Source: Octopus vulgaris
Lineage: Eukaryota
Reading direction: 5' to 3'
Length of the DNA stretch: 64,000 bases
NCBI GenBank assembly: GCA_951406725.2
Contig: OX597826.1
Location: 26,288,001-26,352,000 of the forward strand
Shown here: in pieces, positions 14,945-27,671 of the stretch
Layout: each line of letters begins with the position of its first letter
Position numbering within the stretch: position 1 is the stretch's first letter
Program-made: the position numbers and the translations under genes
The notes under the pieces: generated by a model
Seen by the model: the letters and a program-made list of their open reading frames with translations, nothing else
Database searches by the model: none
What the model was told of the DNA's origin: nothing

Positions 14945-14990
14945 AACTGGGAAACCGGTTTCGCGTCTTACGCTTATCAAACTTCCAAGG
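14945..14990 (-). ncRNA. Hammerhead-like motif with U3-A8 core swap, stem I degraded
   Basis: Minus strand: ggaagt|TTGATAA|gcgt aag acgc|GAAA|ccgg|TT|tccc; perfect stem II, palindromic stem III accggt. Confidence 0.45.
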
Positions 14991-15035
14991 CTTTAGATTT
15001 CAACCATTTTTGGCTGAAATCTAAGACTTTATGTC

Positions 15036-15066
<31 letters not shown>

Positions 15067-15076
15067 CATAATATGT

Positions 15077-15121
<45 letters not shown>

Positions 15122-15242
15122 CCGTGACTGTGACCGACCAGGCTATCGCTGGTCATAATGCGCTTCTCATTGTTTTAGCCTTCAAATGACGCCACCCGCT
15201 GGGTAAGCGAGCAGGCCATATATATATATATATATATATAAA

Positions 15243-17110
15243 ACTTAGAATAGCTTAGAAAGGTTTTGGCCAGTATTGGCCCAGGCCATGTCTAACTTAA
15301 TAGCACCACCTGGTGAAGTATTTCAATTCGGGATTTGGGTAACAAGGCCCATTGGAGCAGAGAGTTATTGTTTGCGGAGACATATCCGAGTGTGGGTGGT
15401 TTGTCCGGGACTGTTTGAAGGAATTTGTCCAAAATCTTCTTGAATTTTGTGTGGTCAGTTTCTGTTTTGACGTGTCTTGGTGTAATGTTGAAGAAGGCGG
15501 GTCCAATTGAGGTGAAATAATTGTGCCGCAATGTTGTTATGAGATGCGATTGAGATTTTTGTTGTGGACGGATGGCACGGGGTCTAAGTCTTGGATGTAT
15601 TTTGAAGGTGATATCAATATCATTTGGACAGTGCTGATGGAATATTTTCCACATCATACAGATAATGTAGCGTTCACGACGTCGTTGGAGTGAATACAGT
15701 TTCAGCTTTTCTAGTCGATCCCAGTAGTCGAGGTCTGACATGCCATCTATCTTTTTCGTGATTGACCTTTGGGGAGCTTCAACTTTCATAATATTCCATT
15801 TCGTGTAGGGAGACCACAGTGGACAGCAGTATTCAAGGTGAGGTCGGGAAAAAGTGGAGAAGAGAAGGATAATGGTGCGGGAATCTCTCGACTGGAAGGT
15901 TCTGAGAATCCAGGAACACATTCTGCGGGCCATGTCAACTTTGCTGCTTATATGTGTAGCCCAGCTTATGTTGTTGTCCACAGTTACTCCCAAGTCTCTG
16001 ATGTTGTTAGACGTCATGAGAGTTTCACCAGAAGGAAGGAAGTATGGGTGTTTCAGAGCGTCCTCCCTTCCAAAGTGGATCAATTCGAATTTGTCTTCGT
16101 TTAGCAACATGTTGTTCTTTTCCGCCCGTTGGACAACAGCCAGTAGGTCTGACTGAAGGTTTATCCGGCCATCCACGCCATTGATGACCTTCTGGAGCTT
16201 GGAATCATCAACGAAGATTCTGATGTTACTGTGTTTGATGATGTCAGTGATGTCATTAATGTAGATGATGAAGAGAAGTGGGCCCAACACAGTGCCTTGT
16301 GGGACACCACTACTGACTTTGGCTGGGTTGGATTTGACTCCTTCGACTACAACATGTTGTGTTCTGTTAGACAGGAAGCACTTGATCCACTGCAGTAGCT
16401 TTCCAGTGACACCAATATTGGACAACTTTCTCAAAAGGATCTTATGATCAACCCTTTCGAAGGCCTTGCTGAAATCAAGGTAGATAACATCAGTGTTGGA
16501 ACCCTCTCCCAAGGCTCTCAAAATGTCATCGAAGTGATGCAGTAGCTGTGTCAGGCAATCCCTTCCATTACGGAATCCATGCTGGTTGGAGTTCAGCATA
16601 TTATGACTCTCAAGGAAGTGAGTCATACGCGATCTCACCACTCTCTCAAATACCTTAATGATATGAGAGGTGAGTGAGATTGGACGGTAATTCAAGGCAA
16701 GGGATTTGTTTCCTTTTCTGAAAACTGGGACAACAGACTGGGATAGTAGGTTTTCTGGTATATATCCAGCATCCAGTGAGTTCCGCTACAAATTGGCTTT
16801 AGGGGGTGCAAGTTGGTGTTGACACATCTTCAAGACACAAGCAGGGAACCCATCGGGACCTACTGCTGAATTATGCTTCATTTCTTTTAATGCTGCTCAG
16901 ACATCAGGAGCGCCAAAGGTTATGTCCGATAAAGTTTATTGGGGAGTAACATCAGTGATACAGCCCAGATCAGCCACATCAGGATTGCTGAAAACAGAGC
17001 AGTATTGTTTCTGCAACATCTCTCCCATGGTTTTGGCATTGTCTTGAAGAGTACCATTTTCATCAATCAGAGGGCCAACAGTAGAGCCAGTAACTTTGTG
17101 TTGTTTTGCA
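15243..17110 (-). mobile_element. 5'-truncated CR1-group LINE (RT and C-terminal part of ORF2)
   Basis: Uninterrupted 467-codon stretch with NYRPISLTS, QHGFR, YLDFSKAF, SGVPQGTVLGPLLF, FVDD, DLGV, RPHLEYC and LYSLQRRRER; disrupted upstream part VGPLIDENG...QYCSVFS; 3' end with short ttctaag repeats inserted in (AT)n. Confidence 0.92.
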
Positions 17111-17216
17111 AATGAGAAGATATAAAGGGAAAGTTGACGAAAATAAACAAAAGACGAAGGCAGGTGGTGTACAAACAAACAGATGTATTAGTATAGCGCT
17201 CAGGAATGGAAAAAGT

Positions 17217-17252
17217 CTTTTACGTTTCGAGCCTACGCTCTTCTACAGAAAG
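17217..17252 (-). ncRNA. Minimal hammerhead-like motif, U6 variant
   Basis: Minus strand: cttt|CTGTAGA|a|gagc gtag gctc|GAAA|cg|TA|aaag; stems I and II fully paired. Confidence 0.55.
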
Positions 17253-17339
17253 GTACACAGAAAAAACAAGGAGAGAAACAAAGAGAGAAAAAATGTGTGT
17301 AGTAGCTAACGATCTATCATGGCGTCCCATGATAGAAAG

Positions 17340-17389
<50 letters not shown>

Positions 17390-17689
17390 TACTTACCAGT
17401 AAATACAGGGCTGAAACAGAATTATATACATTATGTTGGACTTTTGTGGAAGAAAAGTATTGCCAATCAGCCAATGAGGCCGCTTAATTTGACTTCTTTC
17501 TTCCAAGTGGCCTCAACATTAATTGGTTAGACCCAAAATCACAAATACTCATTTACGTAACCAGCATTTTGTACCACACACCGAGGTTTATTGTCTAAGC
17601 AAGTGTCATTGCGGTACGTCAATGCACGCCACACCATTGAAACCATTCAGAAATTGTGTCTCAAGTTGCTGGAACACACTATGTTGAGT

Positions 17690-17866
17690 TCAAATCTCGA
17701 CCATTCCGACTAACACCTCTTTGGACGCTCAAAGGTACCTTACGTGATCATCCATTTGCTGTGGCCAAAGAAGCACAGGAAACCGTGCATCAATGGCTGT
17801 ACGACGTGCCGAAAAACTTCGCTGATGGAATAAGCTAGCTTGAGGACCGCTGGAAGACATGCATCT
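17690..17866 (+). pseudogene. Mariner transposase C-terminal fragment
   Basis: LKGTLRDHPF..KEAQETVHQWLYDVPKNFADGIS*LEDRWKTCI matches the mariner C-terminal pattern. Confidence 0.6.
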
Positions 17867-17869
17867 CCT

Positions 17870-18592
17870 GAAGGATGTCTTGGATCCCTAGCTAGATGAC
17901 ATACCACTGTCACTTCTAAGGAATCTCGTTTTCATACATGACAAAGTTCCCTCCCACACTGCTAGGCCCACCCAAACATTCTTAGGGTCTTACGGCATAA
18001 AAGGTGAAAGGTTGATGGTGTGGCTGCCAGCATCTCCGGATCTTAACCCTATCGAAAATCTTTGGTCCATCATTAAACAAGATGCTTATGCCGACGGACG
18101 CTAATTCACGACGAAAGATGTCTTATGAGTTGAAGGATGTCTTATGCGTCAAAGCTGCAGCAGAGGCAGTCCAACCGGCTACTATTGAGAAACTGACTGA
18201 TTCTATGACTTATAGAGTTTTTGAAGTTTTCCGTCGAAATGGCGCTCATGTGACTAAATAATTCATTATGTCAATAAACGTTATAATATTATTATGGTTT
18301 TCTGTTAAATATATACTCAATGTATGCTTAATATGTATCATTAGCCTTCATTTTCTGAAAAAAAATGTCTAGATGGGCTATTTTCATTCAAAAGCTATTA
18401 GCGTGGTTCATCCCCAAACTGAAGAATTTGAAATAAAAATGGACGTTACACATAATAATGAAAATATAACAATGGTGCTGCCATAGTGTGCAAACCAGCT
18501 GGTAAACGTTTTAAATCAGTTCACAGAAAATCAGTTCACAGAAAACCGAGAAATCCTAAATTTCACTCCTAAGCTATTAGAGCGGTTCTGGG
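17870..18592 (+). mobile_element. Tc1-like (DD34E) transposon 3' fragment
   Basis: Translates to FIHDKVPSHTA...WLPASPDLNPIENLWSIIK; ends in a TIR-like sequence next to TA repeats. Confidence 0.8.
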
Positions 18593-18866
18593 TATATATA
18601 TATATACACAAATACTTTTTTCGGTAACCTTATATTGTAACATACCGAACTGCTTGGTAAAATTATCAATAATTAATTAATTAATTAATTTACCCTTTAT
18701 TATTATTGAAAATATATGTATAAAATTATAATTAGGGTATCTAAAAGATACCACATACTGGTCCTGTGCATACGTGCATATATATGTATGTATACATGCG
18801 TATATGTAAGTATTCGTATGTTGTATATATGTATATATATTTGTATTTATGTAGTATTTTGTGTAT

Positions 18867-18924
18867 ATTCCACTGATGAGGCCAAGCATTTCTTAAGCAT
18901 ATCCAGAAATCCGGGATCTGGAAT
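18867..18924 (+). ncRNA. Type I hammerhead ribozyme motif with canonical core
   Basis: attcca|CTGATGA|gg...cca|GAAA|tccggga|TC|tggaat; 6-bp stem I, near-palindromic stem III, poor stem II. Confidence 0.6.
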
Positions 18925-19202
18925 TAATTAGTAATTTTTTGCTAGTTTATTTTGTCGCTTTGTCTTCTTTCCTGGTGCTGTATGAATATTTGATGTGGTT
19001 TTAGAGTCAAGTTTTGACTGCTATATCAAGCATGATGGTATCTTTTAGATACTCTAATTATAATTTTAATAATAATAATTACCTATGCGATTTTTATTCC
19101 CATGCAAGCCACTTGATATGATCGGTATTTTAAATAACGACCTTATCCTTATGTATATAAATGTATACATACATACATACATACATACATACATACATAC
19201 AT

Positions 19203-19293
<91 letters not shown>

Positions 19294-19390
19294 ATTGAAA
19301 AAATTTTAGGGTAGCAAAAATATTTATCGAAAAATTCTTTGTTACCAGTGGTCTAGCGAGAAGGAAAAATTTAGTCAATAGACTATACAT

Positions 19391-19651
19391 TATTCAGAGA
19401 AGAATACAGTGTACATTCAAACACATAACAGATAACCAAAGAATAGGATATCTGACTCACTAGAAAGAGCAGTTAAACTCCAAGCCACTAATTGTTGTAA
19501 TTCTGAAAGTGAATGAAAAATAAAAATATTTACCCTATAGGACAGAATTACAACAATTAGTGGCTTGGAGTTTAAGTGCTCTTTCTAGTGAGTCAAATAT
19601 CCTATTCTTTGGTTGTTTCTTATGTGTTTGAATGTACACTGTATTCTTCTC

Positions 19652-19657
<6 letters not shown>
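19391..19657. repeat. Inverted repeat (~115-bp arms) in an (AT)n-flanked element with a one-sided extension (PLE-type fold-back)
   Basis: tattcagagaagaatacagtgtac...gttgtaattctg at 19391-19505 is the reverse complement of 19543-19657. Confidence 0.8.
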
Positions 19658-19705
<48 letters not shown>

Positions 19706-19959
19706 GTAGGTGGCATACGAGTGGGACTTTAAAGCCAACGATTCTAGTCAACGCACAAGACAGTCATTATGCTCCCACACACAAAACACCGCCTTGGACT
19801 CTGTTGAGACTAGTAAGAAACAATTTTGAACTTTTTTATTACACTTAACTTTCAAAAATATATATTTTTGATAAGGTTCGTTTTTTTCAATAAGAGCTGA
19901 AACATGTAAAATCTCTCAGAAAACTAAAATTTATCTTATATAGTGGCGTTTTCAAACTT

Positions 19960-20011
<52 letters not shown>

Positions 20012-20389
20012 CGTACGGGTACTCCCAAATTACATTTCCGTACAATTCCATTGATCTCAAACATTTCTTACCGCTTCTTCTCTTCCATTTTTTCCAGTAC
20101 AATTTCTTGCTAGAATTCTTTACGTATTGCAGTGAACTCTATCACGAAGGTTGTTTGTTAAACGAAGAGGGAAAAAAAGGGAGACTCGAAGTATTAATTT
20201 TTGTAATGCAACCGAAATTAAACGGCCAAGGAAAAATAGCGAACAGATGTGTACTAAGTTTGGTCAATGTCAAGTTTGAGAAAGGAAAGAATTTGGCAGA
20301 GATACAAACAGTGACCCGTACACTCACGTTCAACAAAACGTCTCGATCAACAATCGAATCTCCATCACCTCTGCCTATATAACCGCCCA

Positions 20390-21369
20390 TCACCGCCCGT
20401 CGTCGCCGCCACCATCGCTATAAGAACCAACGAAATAACCACCACTATTACGAACACCAGCGCCAGCACCACCACAACCAACACCACCACCACCACCACC
20501 ACCACCACAACCACCACTGCTGTTACCACCATTGCCACCACCACTGCCACCACCATCACCATCACCATTGCCATCACCACTGTTACAAGTGCTACAATCG
20601 CCAGCACCCTCACCACTGCCACCACCACTCTAACCACCAAATGCTCACCACTACCACAACCGCCAACAGCACCACCACTACCATCACCACCACCACCACT
20701 ATCAGCAGGACCAGCAAAACACCACCACAATTACCATCAAGTCCATCATCGATCGATATCTTAACCATATCCATCACCATGACCACCACTACAGTTAGAA
20801 CCACCACCACCACCACCACCACCACCAACAACACCACCTAAACCACCACCACTACCATGACCAATACCACCACCACCATGACCACCACTACTATGACCAT
20901 TACTACTACTACTACTACTAGTCAAATCACCGACCGAACCTCGACCACCACCATCGCTGCCGTCATGCTCAGATTTATGACGTTAATCTTTGGACTGCTT
21001 CCAGCAGACCTCCAAAACACGTCGCCATCCTCCGAGCAGCATTATCTTGTTTATGTTGTTGACATTGCAAGCAGAGCATCAACACCACTCAGTCCTAGCA
21101 GTTTTGCAGACCATCACCAAGACCACAACCACTACCACCACCACCACCACCACCACTACCACCACCACCACCACTAAAACCGCCATCACAACCACCACCA
21201 CACCCATAACTAACACCACCACAACCACCATCACGATCACTACCACAGCCATCACCACCACCACTACTATCACCACCACCATACCCATAACCACCACCAC
21301 CACCACCACCACCACCACTAACAAAAACAGCATCAAGAAAACCACCTCCAGCATTCCCACTATCAATAT

Positions 21370-21419
<50 letters not shown>

Positions 21420-22000
21420 ACTGCAATAACAATAAACACAACAGCAAGCATCCAAAAACTTAACCCAAAGACGAGTAACATCAACAACGACAACACGAAT
21501 AACAGAACAGCAATGCAAACTACACAGCAGAAATCACCAACTCCAATCCCAAATCCAACACTAATACCAACACCATCACCACCACCACCAACAACGACAA
21601 CTTCATCACCAATACAAGCAACATCATCAACGCCAGACCACATCAACAGCTTTAACAACAATAGCGAAACCACCAAACATGCCTCCGCCAACGCCAGAAC
21701 CAAAATTACACCAGCAGCAGCAGCAGCAACAACACCAACAAATCTATGACGACGACGACCACCACCACCACCAACACCAACAACAAAAACAACAACACTC
21801 ACACGATGACGACAACGGCGACGATGACCACCGCCGCCACCCACACGGTGACGACCATCACAACCGTCGCTGCCGCTGCAGATGCCATCAAAGGTCACTG
21901 CCACAATGAACATCACCATCAACAACAAAAGTAACACCAACAGCAGCACCTACACAACCACCACAATCACCACCTCTACCATCAACAACAGCAACTATAA
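20390..22000. repeat. Long cryptic (ACC/ACT/AAC)n low-complexity region
   Basis: Degenerate trinucleotide repeats giving Thr/Val/His-rich pseudo-ORFs in all frames, with stops. Confidence 0.8.
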
Positions 22001-23140
22001 GGCGGCGAGCTGGCCGAAACGTTAGCACGCCGGGTGAAATGCTTTGCATTATTTCGTCTCTCTTTATGTTCCGAGTTCAAATTCCGCCGAGGTCGACTTT
22101 GCCTTTCATCCTTTCGAAGATCGATAAATTAAGTACCAGTTGCGTACTGGGTCGATCTAATCGACTGGCTCCCTGCCCCAAAATTTCGGGCCTTGTACCT
22201 AGAGTAGAATTTAACAACTATAAAACAACAGCACTAGCAACAAAACAATCACCACGACCACCGCCGCCACGACCACCACCATCAACACCACCACCACCAC
22301 TATCACTAATATTATTCTTTTCTACTCTAGGCACGAGGCCCGATATTTTGGGGGAGGGAACAGTCGATTTTCATCGAGCCCAGTACGCAACTGCTAACGT
22401 TTCTGCCAGCTCGCCGCCTTACTATCACTGCCATTATTTATTTCTTTACTGCCCACATGGGGGTAAACATAGAGGGGACAAAGAAATTAAGTCGATTAAA
22501 TCGACCCCGAAAGGTCGCAACTCGGAACGTAACGGCAGGCGAAATGCCGCTAAGCATTTCGCCCGGCTTGCTAACGATTCTGCCAGCTCGCCGCCTTACT
22601 ATCACTACTATTATTGCCAATGCCAACGATTCCAAACCAACATCATGCAGCATATACCATTCCGATTTCTTGGCGAGAAATATGAAGGGAAAAAGAAAAA
22701 AACTGCGGCAGAAACGAAGCTTAAAAGGGTCAAAGTAATACAAAGCACAATCTGCAATGTAAAAATAAAAGCAAGGAACGAAAGTTTTAAATGGTGGAGG
22801 CGACGGCGGCTGCAGTGGTGGTGGTGGCGTGTCGAAAAGGAAAGGAATTGTGGTTGAAAATAAAATGTTATACGATGAAAGAATTTGCGTGAGAAGACAG
22901 ATTAACAGAAATGTGCGAAGTCCTGCAAAACAGATTATCTTATCTCCCCTTTGATCCCGTCCAGTTTATGTCTTGACATACGGAAAGAAACTTGTTTTCC
23001 TGGAAAATTTTTCTGGCAGACGCTTGGCATAACGTTTTAAATTCACATACATACATCCATACATGCATACATATGCATACTCGCACGAACGCGCGCACAC
23101 ACACACACGCACGCACATACACACACACATGCACATAGAC

Positions 23141-23195
<55 letters not shown>

Positions 23196-23532
23196 TACTA
23201 TATCTATACCTTGGCTTTCGGTTGTCATTCTGTTTATACTGTTGTGATTAATTTACTATTTGATTTATTAATAATATTCTGCTCGTTATTACTAGTAGTA
23301 TTAAGTTGGCTAGCTGGTAAAATTGTCAGCACACCACGCAAAATGCTAGCGGCATTTCATCTGCCTTTATGCTCTGAGTTCAAATTCCGCCAAGGCCTAG
23401 TTCGCCCTTTTTCGTTTGGGAGTCGATAAAATAAGTACCAGTTAAGTATTGGGATTGATGTAATCGACTTAGTTCCTCCCCTCAAAAATACTGGCTGTGA
23501 ACCAAAATTTGAAATTACTATTATTATCAATG

Positions 23533-23775
23533 TGGAGACGCATGGCTTAGTGGTTAGGGTGTCAATCGTAAGATTGTGGCTTCGATTCCTGGTCGAGGCG
23601 ACGCGTTGTGTTCTTGAGCAAAACACTGCATTTCACGTTGCTCCAGTCCACTCAACTGGCAAAAATGAATGACGCTGCGATGGACTGGCGTTCCATCCGG
23701 CTGGGGAGCACATACGCCATAGAAACCGGGAAACTGGGTCCATGAGCCTGGCTAGGCTTTAAAAGGGCGCATTTA
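23533..23775 (+). mobile_element. tRNA-derived SINE, family D (CORE/V-like)
   Basis: ggagacgcatggcttagtggttagg (A box), ttcgattcc (B box), gtgttcttgagcaaaacact, gctgcgatggactggcgt.ccatcc. Confidence 0.65.
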
Positions 23776-23887
23776 TTAACTATTATTATTATCATTAAGG
23801 CGGGGAGCTGGCAGAATCGCTGTAATCGACTAACTCCCCTCCAATATCTCAAGCCTTGTACCTATAATAGAAAGGACTATTATTATT

Positions 23888-24383
23888 GAGGGAGAGAGCA
23901 GTGCATGTCATCAAAGTGACACTGGGGTAAAATATTCGAAGCCCCTTATACCCACCATGACTACCCGTCTGATAAGAGTACTCGAGGTACACGCTCCACA
24001 GCCATATATGTGTGACATCATGATCTTATGTCAAGATAAACAGTGCATGGCCTTGCAGATGGGTCCAGTTAGAATTTTCTTCGGGTCGAGTAGCCCATCC
24101 CGCTCAAAAGGTCCTTGAATAAGGTTTGTTTAAGGTTGTTGAATAAAACACCTATATTTCTAGAGGTGAATTATCCAAACTCCAAAGAATTCCTCTTAAC
24201 ACATGGGTATGAAGCTCTCCCACTACTTCTGCTCGTGATCAGAGATGCGCATATCGTCAGCCTCTGAGGGTCATGTTCAGCTGGTTAAGGTTAACCAACT
24301 GACCAGCAAATCTGTGGTATTGAGCAGAATATTTTCTGTAACCCATCTTTTATACCAAGACAAAACATGATAACACTTCCAAT
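23888..24383 (-). mobile_element. ~550-bp (AAT)n-targeted non-coding element (family T), 5'-truncated
   Basis: Same sequence as 31458-32010; 3' end abuts (ATT)n. Confidence 0.85.
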
Positions 24384-24397
24384 AATATATATATATA

Positions 24398-24830
24398 TAG
24401 CAATTAGCCCCTTTCGCTAGCATTTCTAAGGTACCTATGACAACAGGTATTGTTTTAGTCTTGAGGTTCCACATTTTGCGAATTTCTATTTCAAGATATT
24501 TATACTTGCTCAGTATTTGGTAGGTATTGACAGATACGTTTATATCGATTGGGACAGTCATATCAATGAGGAGGCATGATTTTTGTCTGGCTTATTCACA
24601 TTTATCTTTCTGTCGGTTTGAATGGTGAAGTTCCACAGGAGTGAGATGTCGTCATTTTCAAGCACTGGAGGTGGTTTGTGTTCCCATCAGTTTTTATCAT
24701 GTCGCAGGTCCAGGATTTTGCTAATTAACCAGTGAATGTATTGTGCTACTCTATCATGCGTGTTGAGTGAGATACTCTGTAGGCGCAGAAGATTGCACAG
24801 GAAACATGATCAATGGTTTCGTTTTTTCAT
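24398..24830 (-). mobile_element. R4/Dong-type LINE fragment (zinc knuckle and RLE domain)
   Basis: HVSCAI...RHDRVAQYIHW...LLWNFTIQTDRK...IDMTVPID...KYKYLEIEIRKMWNLKTKTIPVVIG. Confidence 0.8.
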
Positions 24831-24854
24831 TTTGTTTACATTTATTATTATTAT

Positions 24855-25401
24855 CGAGTGCGAGAGCAGTGCATGCCATCAAAGTGACACTGGGGTAAAA
24901 TATACGAAGCCCAATATACCCATCATGACTACCCGTCTGATAAGGGTACACCAGGCACATGCATCACAACCATATGTGCGCGATATGGTGATCTCATATC
25001 AAGATAAACAGCACATGATCTTGCAGGTGGGGCCCAGTTAGAATTTTCTTCAGGTTGAGCAGCCCATCCCGCTCAAAAGGTCCCTGAATAAGGATTGTTT
25101 AAGGATGTTGAAAGAACCACCCATGTTGGTGAATTATTCAAACCCCAACGAATCCCTCTCAACACATGGCTATGATGCTCCCCCACTACTTCTGCTCGTG
25201 ATCAGAGATGCACATATCGTCAGCCACAAAGGGACATGCTCAACTGGTTAAAGTCAAACAACTGACAAGCAAATCTGTGGTATTGAGCAGAATATTTGCT
25301 GTAGCCCATCTTTTATACCAGACAAAACAATGTACATGATAACACTTCCAATCAGTTAAGATCAGAAGCCATGAGAGCCACTGCTTGGTACTGCATCAGG
25401 G

Positions 25402-25403
<2 letters not shown>
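24855..25403 (-). mobile_element. Family T element, full length
   Basis: On the minus strand it starts gccctgatgcagtacca and ends gcactgctctcgcactcg; (ATT)n on both sides. Confidence 0.88.
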
Positions 25404-25447
<44 letters not shown>

Positions 25448-25894
25448 GTTGTTGGTATTATTACTATATATATATATATAATATATATATATAATATATA
25501 TATATATATATTTTTATATTATATTGAGGGTACTACTATTCGTAGATACCAACACGCTAAGAGGGACCAATGCGGTCAAAACTACTAAAAATAAACAAAA
25601 TTTTACCGAATGCAAAACTTCAAAACACATCATTTTAAAAAGAATTCAGTTACATATCACATGTGATTTCGCATTTAATGCAGAATATGCATTTCATGTT
25701 CATCAGTGCAACAAACTCAAGAAATATAAGAGAAAACATAACATTACAAGCTCGATAGCCAACCGTAGAATTCGTCGTAGCATGTACGAATGTTTATCTT
25801 TACATATCTATGAAAATGGCGGGCTTATTCGCAATGCATTTCGGTAACAAATTGTCTAGTCGGAATAAAAATTCAGTATTGAACTATTCCGGTG

Positions 25895-25947
<53 letters not shown>

Positions 25948-26516
25948 TATCTAGCAATTTCAGCAATAAATCTCAACGTAACCGACTGTCAACTGAATTC
26001 ACGATGCACTTTCTACGAGATGGAACGGACATGGAAGGAAAGTTGTCTGTAGGAAGTCATTCTTTCCGTTTTCTTTCGCTTCTTAGTAATGAATGAGGTG
26101 AGCGCTTAAATCAATAATATTTTGTTTCGAGATTGGTTTGAAGCTGATGATAGTTTAGTATTTACTCTGATGTATAGAAAAAAATCCAGTATCAAATGCG
26201 AAAACTGGAGCAGCATATTAACTAATATGGTGTTTTCTACTTGAAACATTATATATATTTATTAGGCATACATTAGGTACATCCATGAATGCATATGCTC
26301 ACAAACACAGACAAAGCTCATACATATACGAGAGGGCGCTGAAAAGACTCTGGCTTTGAGTAAAAGAAAATAAAGGGAGAATCATGCTTACCAACCACAT
26401 GGTTTCGGGTTCAGTCCCACTGCATGGCACCTTGGGCAAGTGTCTTCTAATATAGCCTCGGGCCGACCAAAGCCTTGTGAGTGGATTTGGTAGACGGAAA
26501 CTGAAAGAAGCTTGTC

Positions 26517-26564
<48 letters not shown>

Positions 26565-26566
<2 letters not shown>

Positions 26567-26890
26567 CAATTGCAGCGTGGAAGGTGTTTGTAAGCCATTT
26601 AAGAAACACACAAAAGCCGTTCGATTCACTTCAACATTTAAGTTTAATTTGTCAAAATATTTTCGTCGCTATAAGACCGCGACCTGTTCACTGACAAGGA
26701 TTTTTGTCAGTGAACAGGTCGCGGTCTTATAGCGACGAAAATATTTTGACAAATTAAACTTAAATGTTGAAGTGAATCGAACGGCTTTTGTGTGTTTCTT
26801 AAATGGCTTACAAACACTTTCCACACTGCAATTGTTTTCGTTCCAGCACACGATCTCAGATCAAATCACTTGCTATGCAAGTGCATCTCC
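26565..26890 (+). mobile_element. Fold-back non-autonomous PLE-like element with two G3-C8 hammerheads and a ~55-bp tail, inserted in the (AT)n of a family B SINE
   Basis: Near-perfect palindrome 26565-26835 centred ~26699; tail 26835-26890; second family member at 56643-56955. Confidence 0.8.
26703..26753 (+). ncRNA. Type I hammerhead motif with G3-C8 swapped core (mirror copy on minus strand 26648-26697)
   Basis: tttgtca|GTGAACA|g|gtcgc ggtcttata gcgac|GAAA|atat|TT|tgacaaa; 7-bp stem I, 5-bp stem II, palindromic stem III aatatt. Confidence 0.7.
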
Positions 26891-27302
26891 TATATATATA
26901 TATGTTCGTGTGTCTGTGTTTGTCCTCTCACCATCGCTTGACAACCGTTGTTGATGTGTTTATGTGCCCGTAAATCAGCGGTTCGGCAAAAGAGGCCGAT
27001 AGAATAAGTACAAAGTATAAGTCCTGGGGTCGATTTTCTGGACTAAAGGCGGTGCTTCAGCATGGCCACAGTCAAATGACTGAAACAAGAAAAAGAGTAT
27101 AAATGTAACTCTTACTCTCAATTTATCAACGATCCAACACGGCTGTCGATTTTTCTCAATCAAATCGGCTACAAACTTTTATTTCTTGCGATGTCTGCTT
27201 CCAGTCGCCATCTTTGAATCTATTCATTTCTTTGTTACTTGAAGACTACATTAAATTCCACAAATGTATTTTCATGTTTTTTTTTTGTGTTGAATATCAT
27301 AA

Positions 27303-27510
27303 AGAGTGTTCAAAAAGTCTCTCAGTAAGTATTTTACTGCAAAATAATATTTATAATATATTAGACTTTACAAGACTTTAAAAAACTTTATTAGAGGTGC
27401 TGAATGTGTCGTCCTACATTTTCAATTCTTTTGCTGCTGTGTGAGTACTTCCTAGGCTGATTTCTGCAGGATGAAAGGAATTTACAGCGGGGAGACTTTT
27501 AGAACTCCCA
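27303..27510. mobile_element. Degenerate mariner-derived MITE
   Basis: Ends gagtgttcaaaaagtctctc and ggggagacttttagaactccc are imperfect inverted repeats. Confidence 0.4.
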
Positions 27511-27671
27511 TGTGTTTGATTTCTCTAACCTTTTATTGTGCCGTTCTTTATAAAAGGGATAACTCTTTGGCTACAATTAGGAATTATATTTTTAGTATTG
27601 CTATGTAATAGTTTTACAGGCTTTGGCTGTTACTGAGTAAGTAATACGTTATTCAATTTATGTTAAAGATA

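Noticed and set aside
20365-21949. Mucin-like Thr-rich or Val/Gly-rich ORFs
   Set aside because: Cryptic trinucleotide repeats open in several frames, with frequent stops and no splice or signal context.
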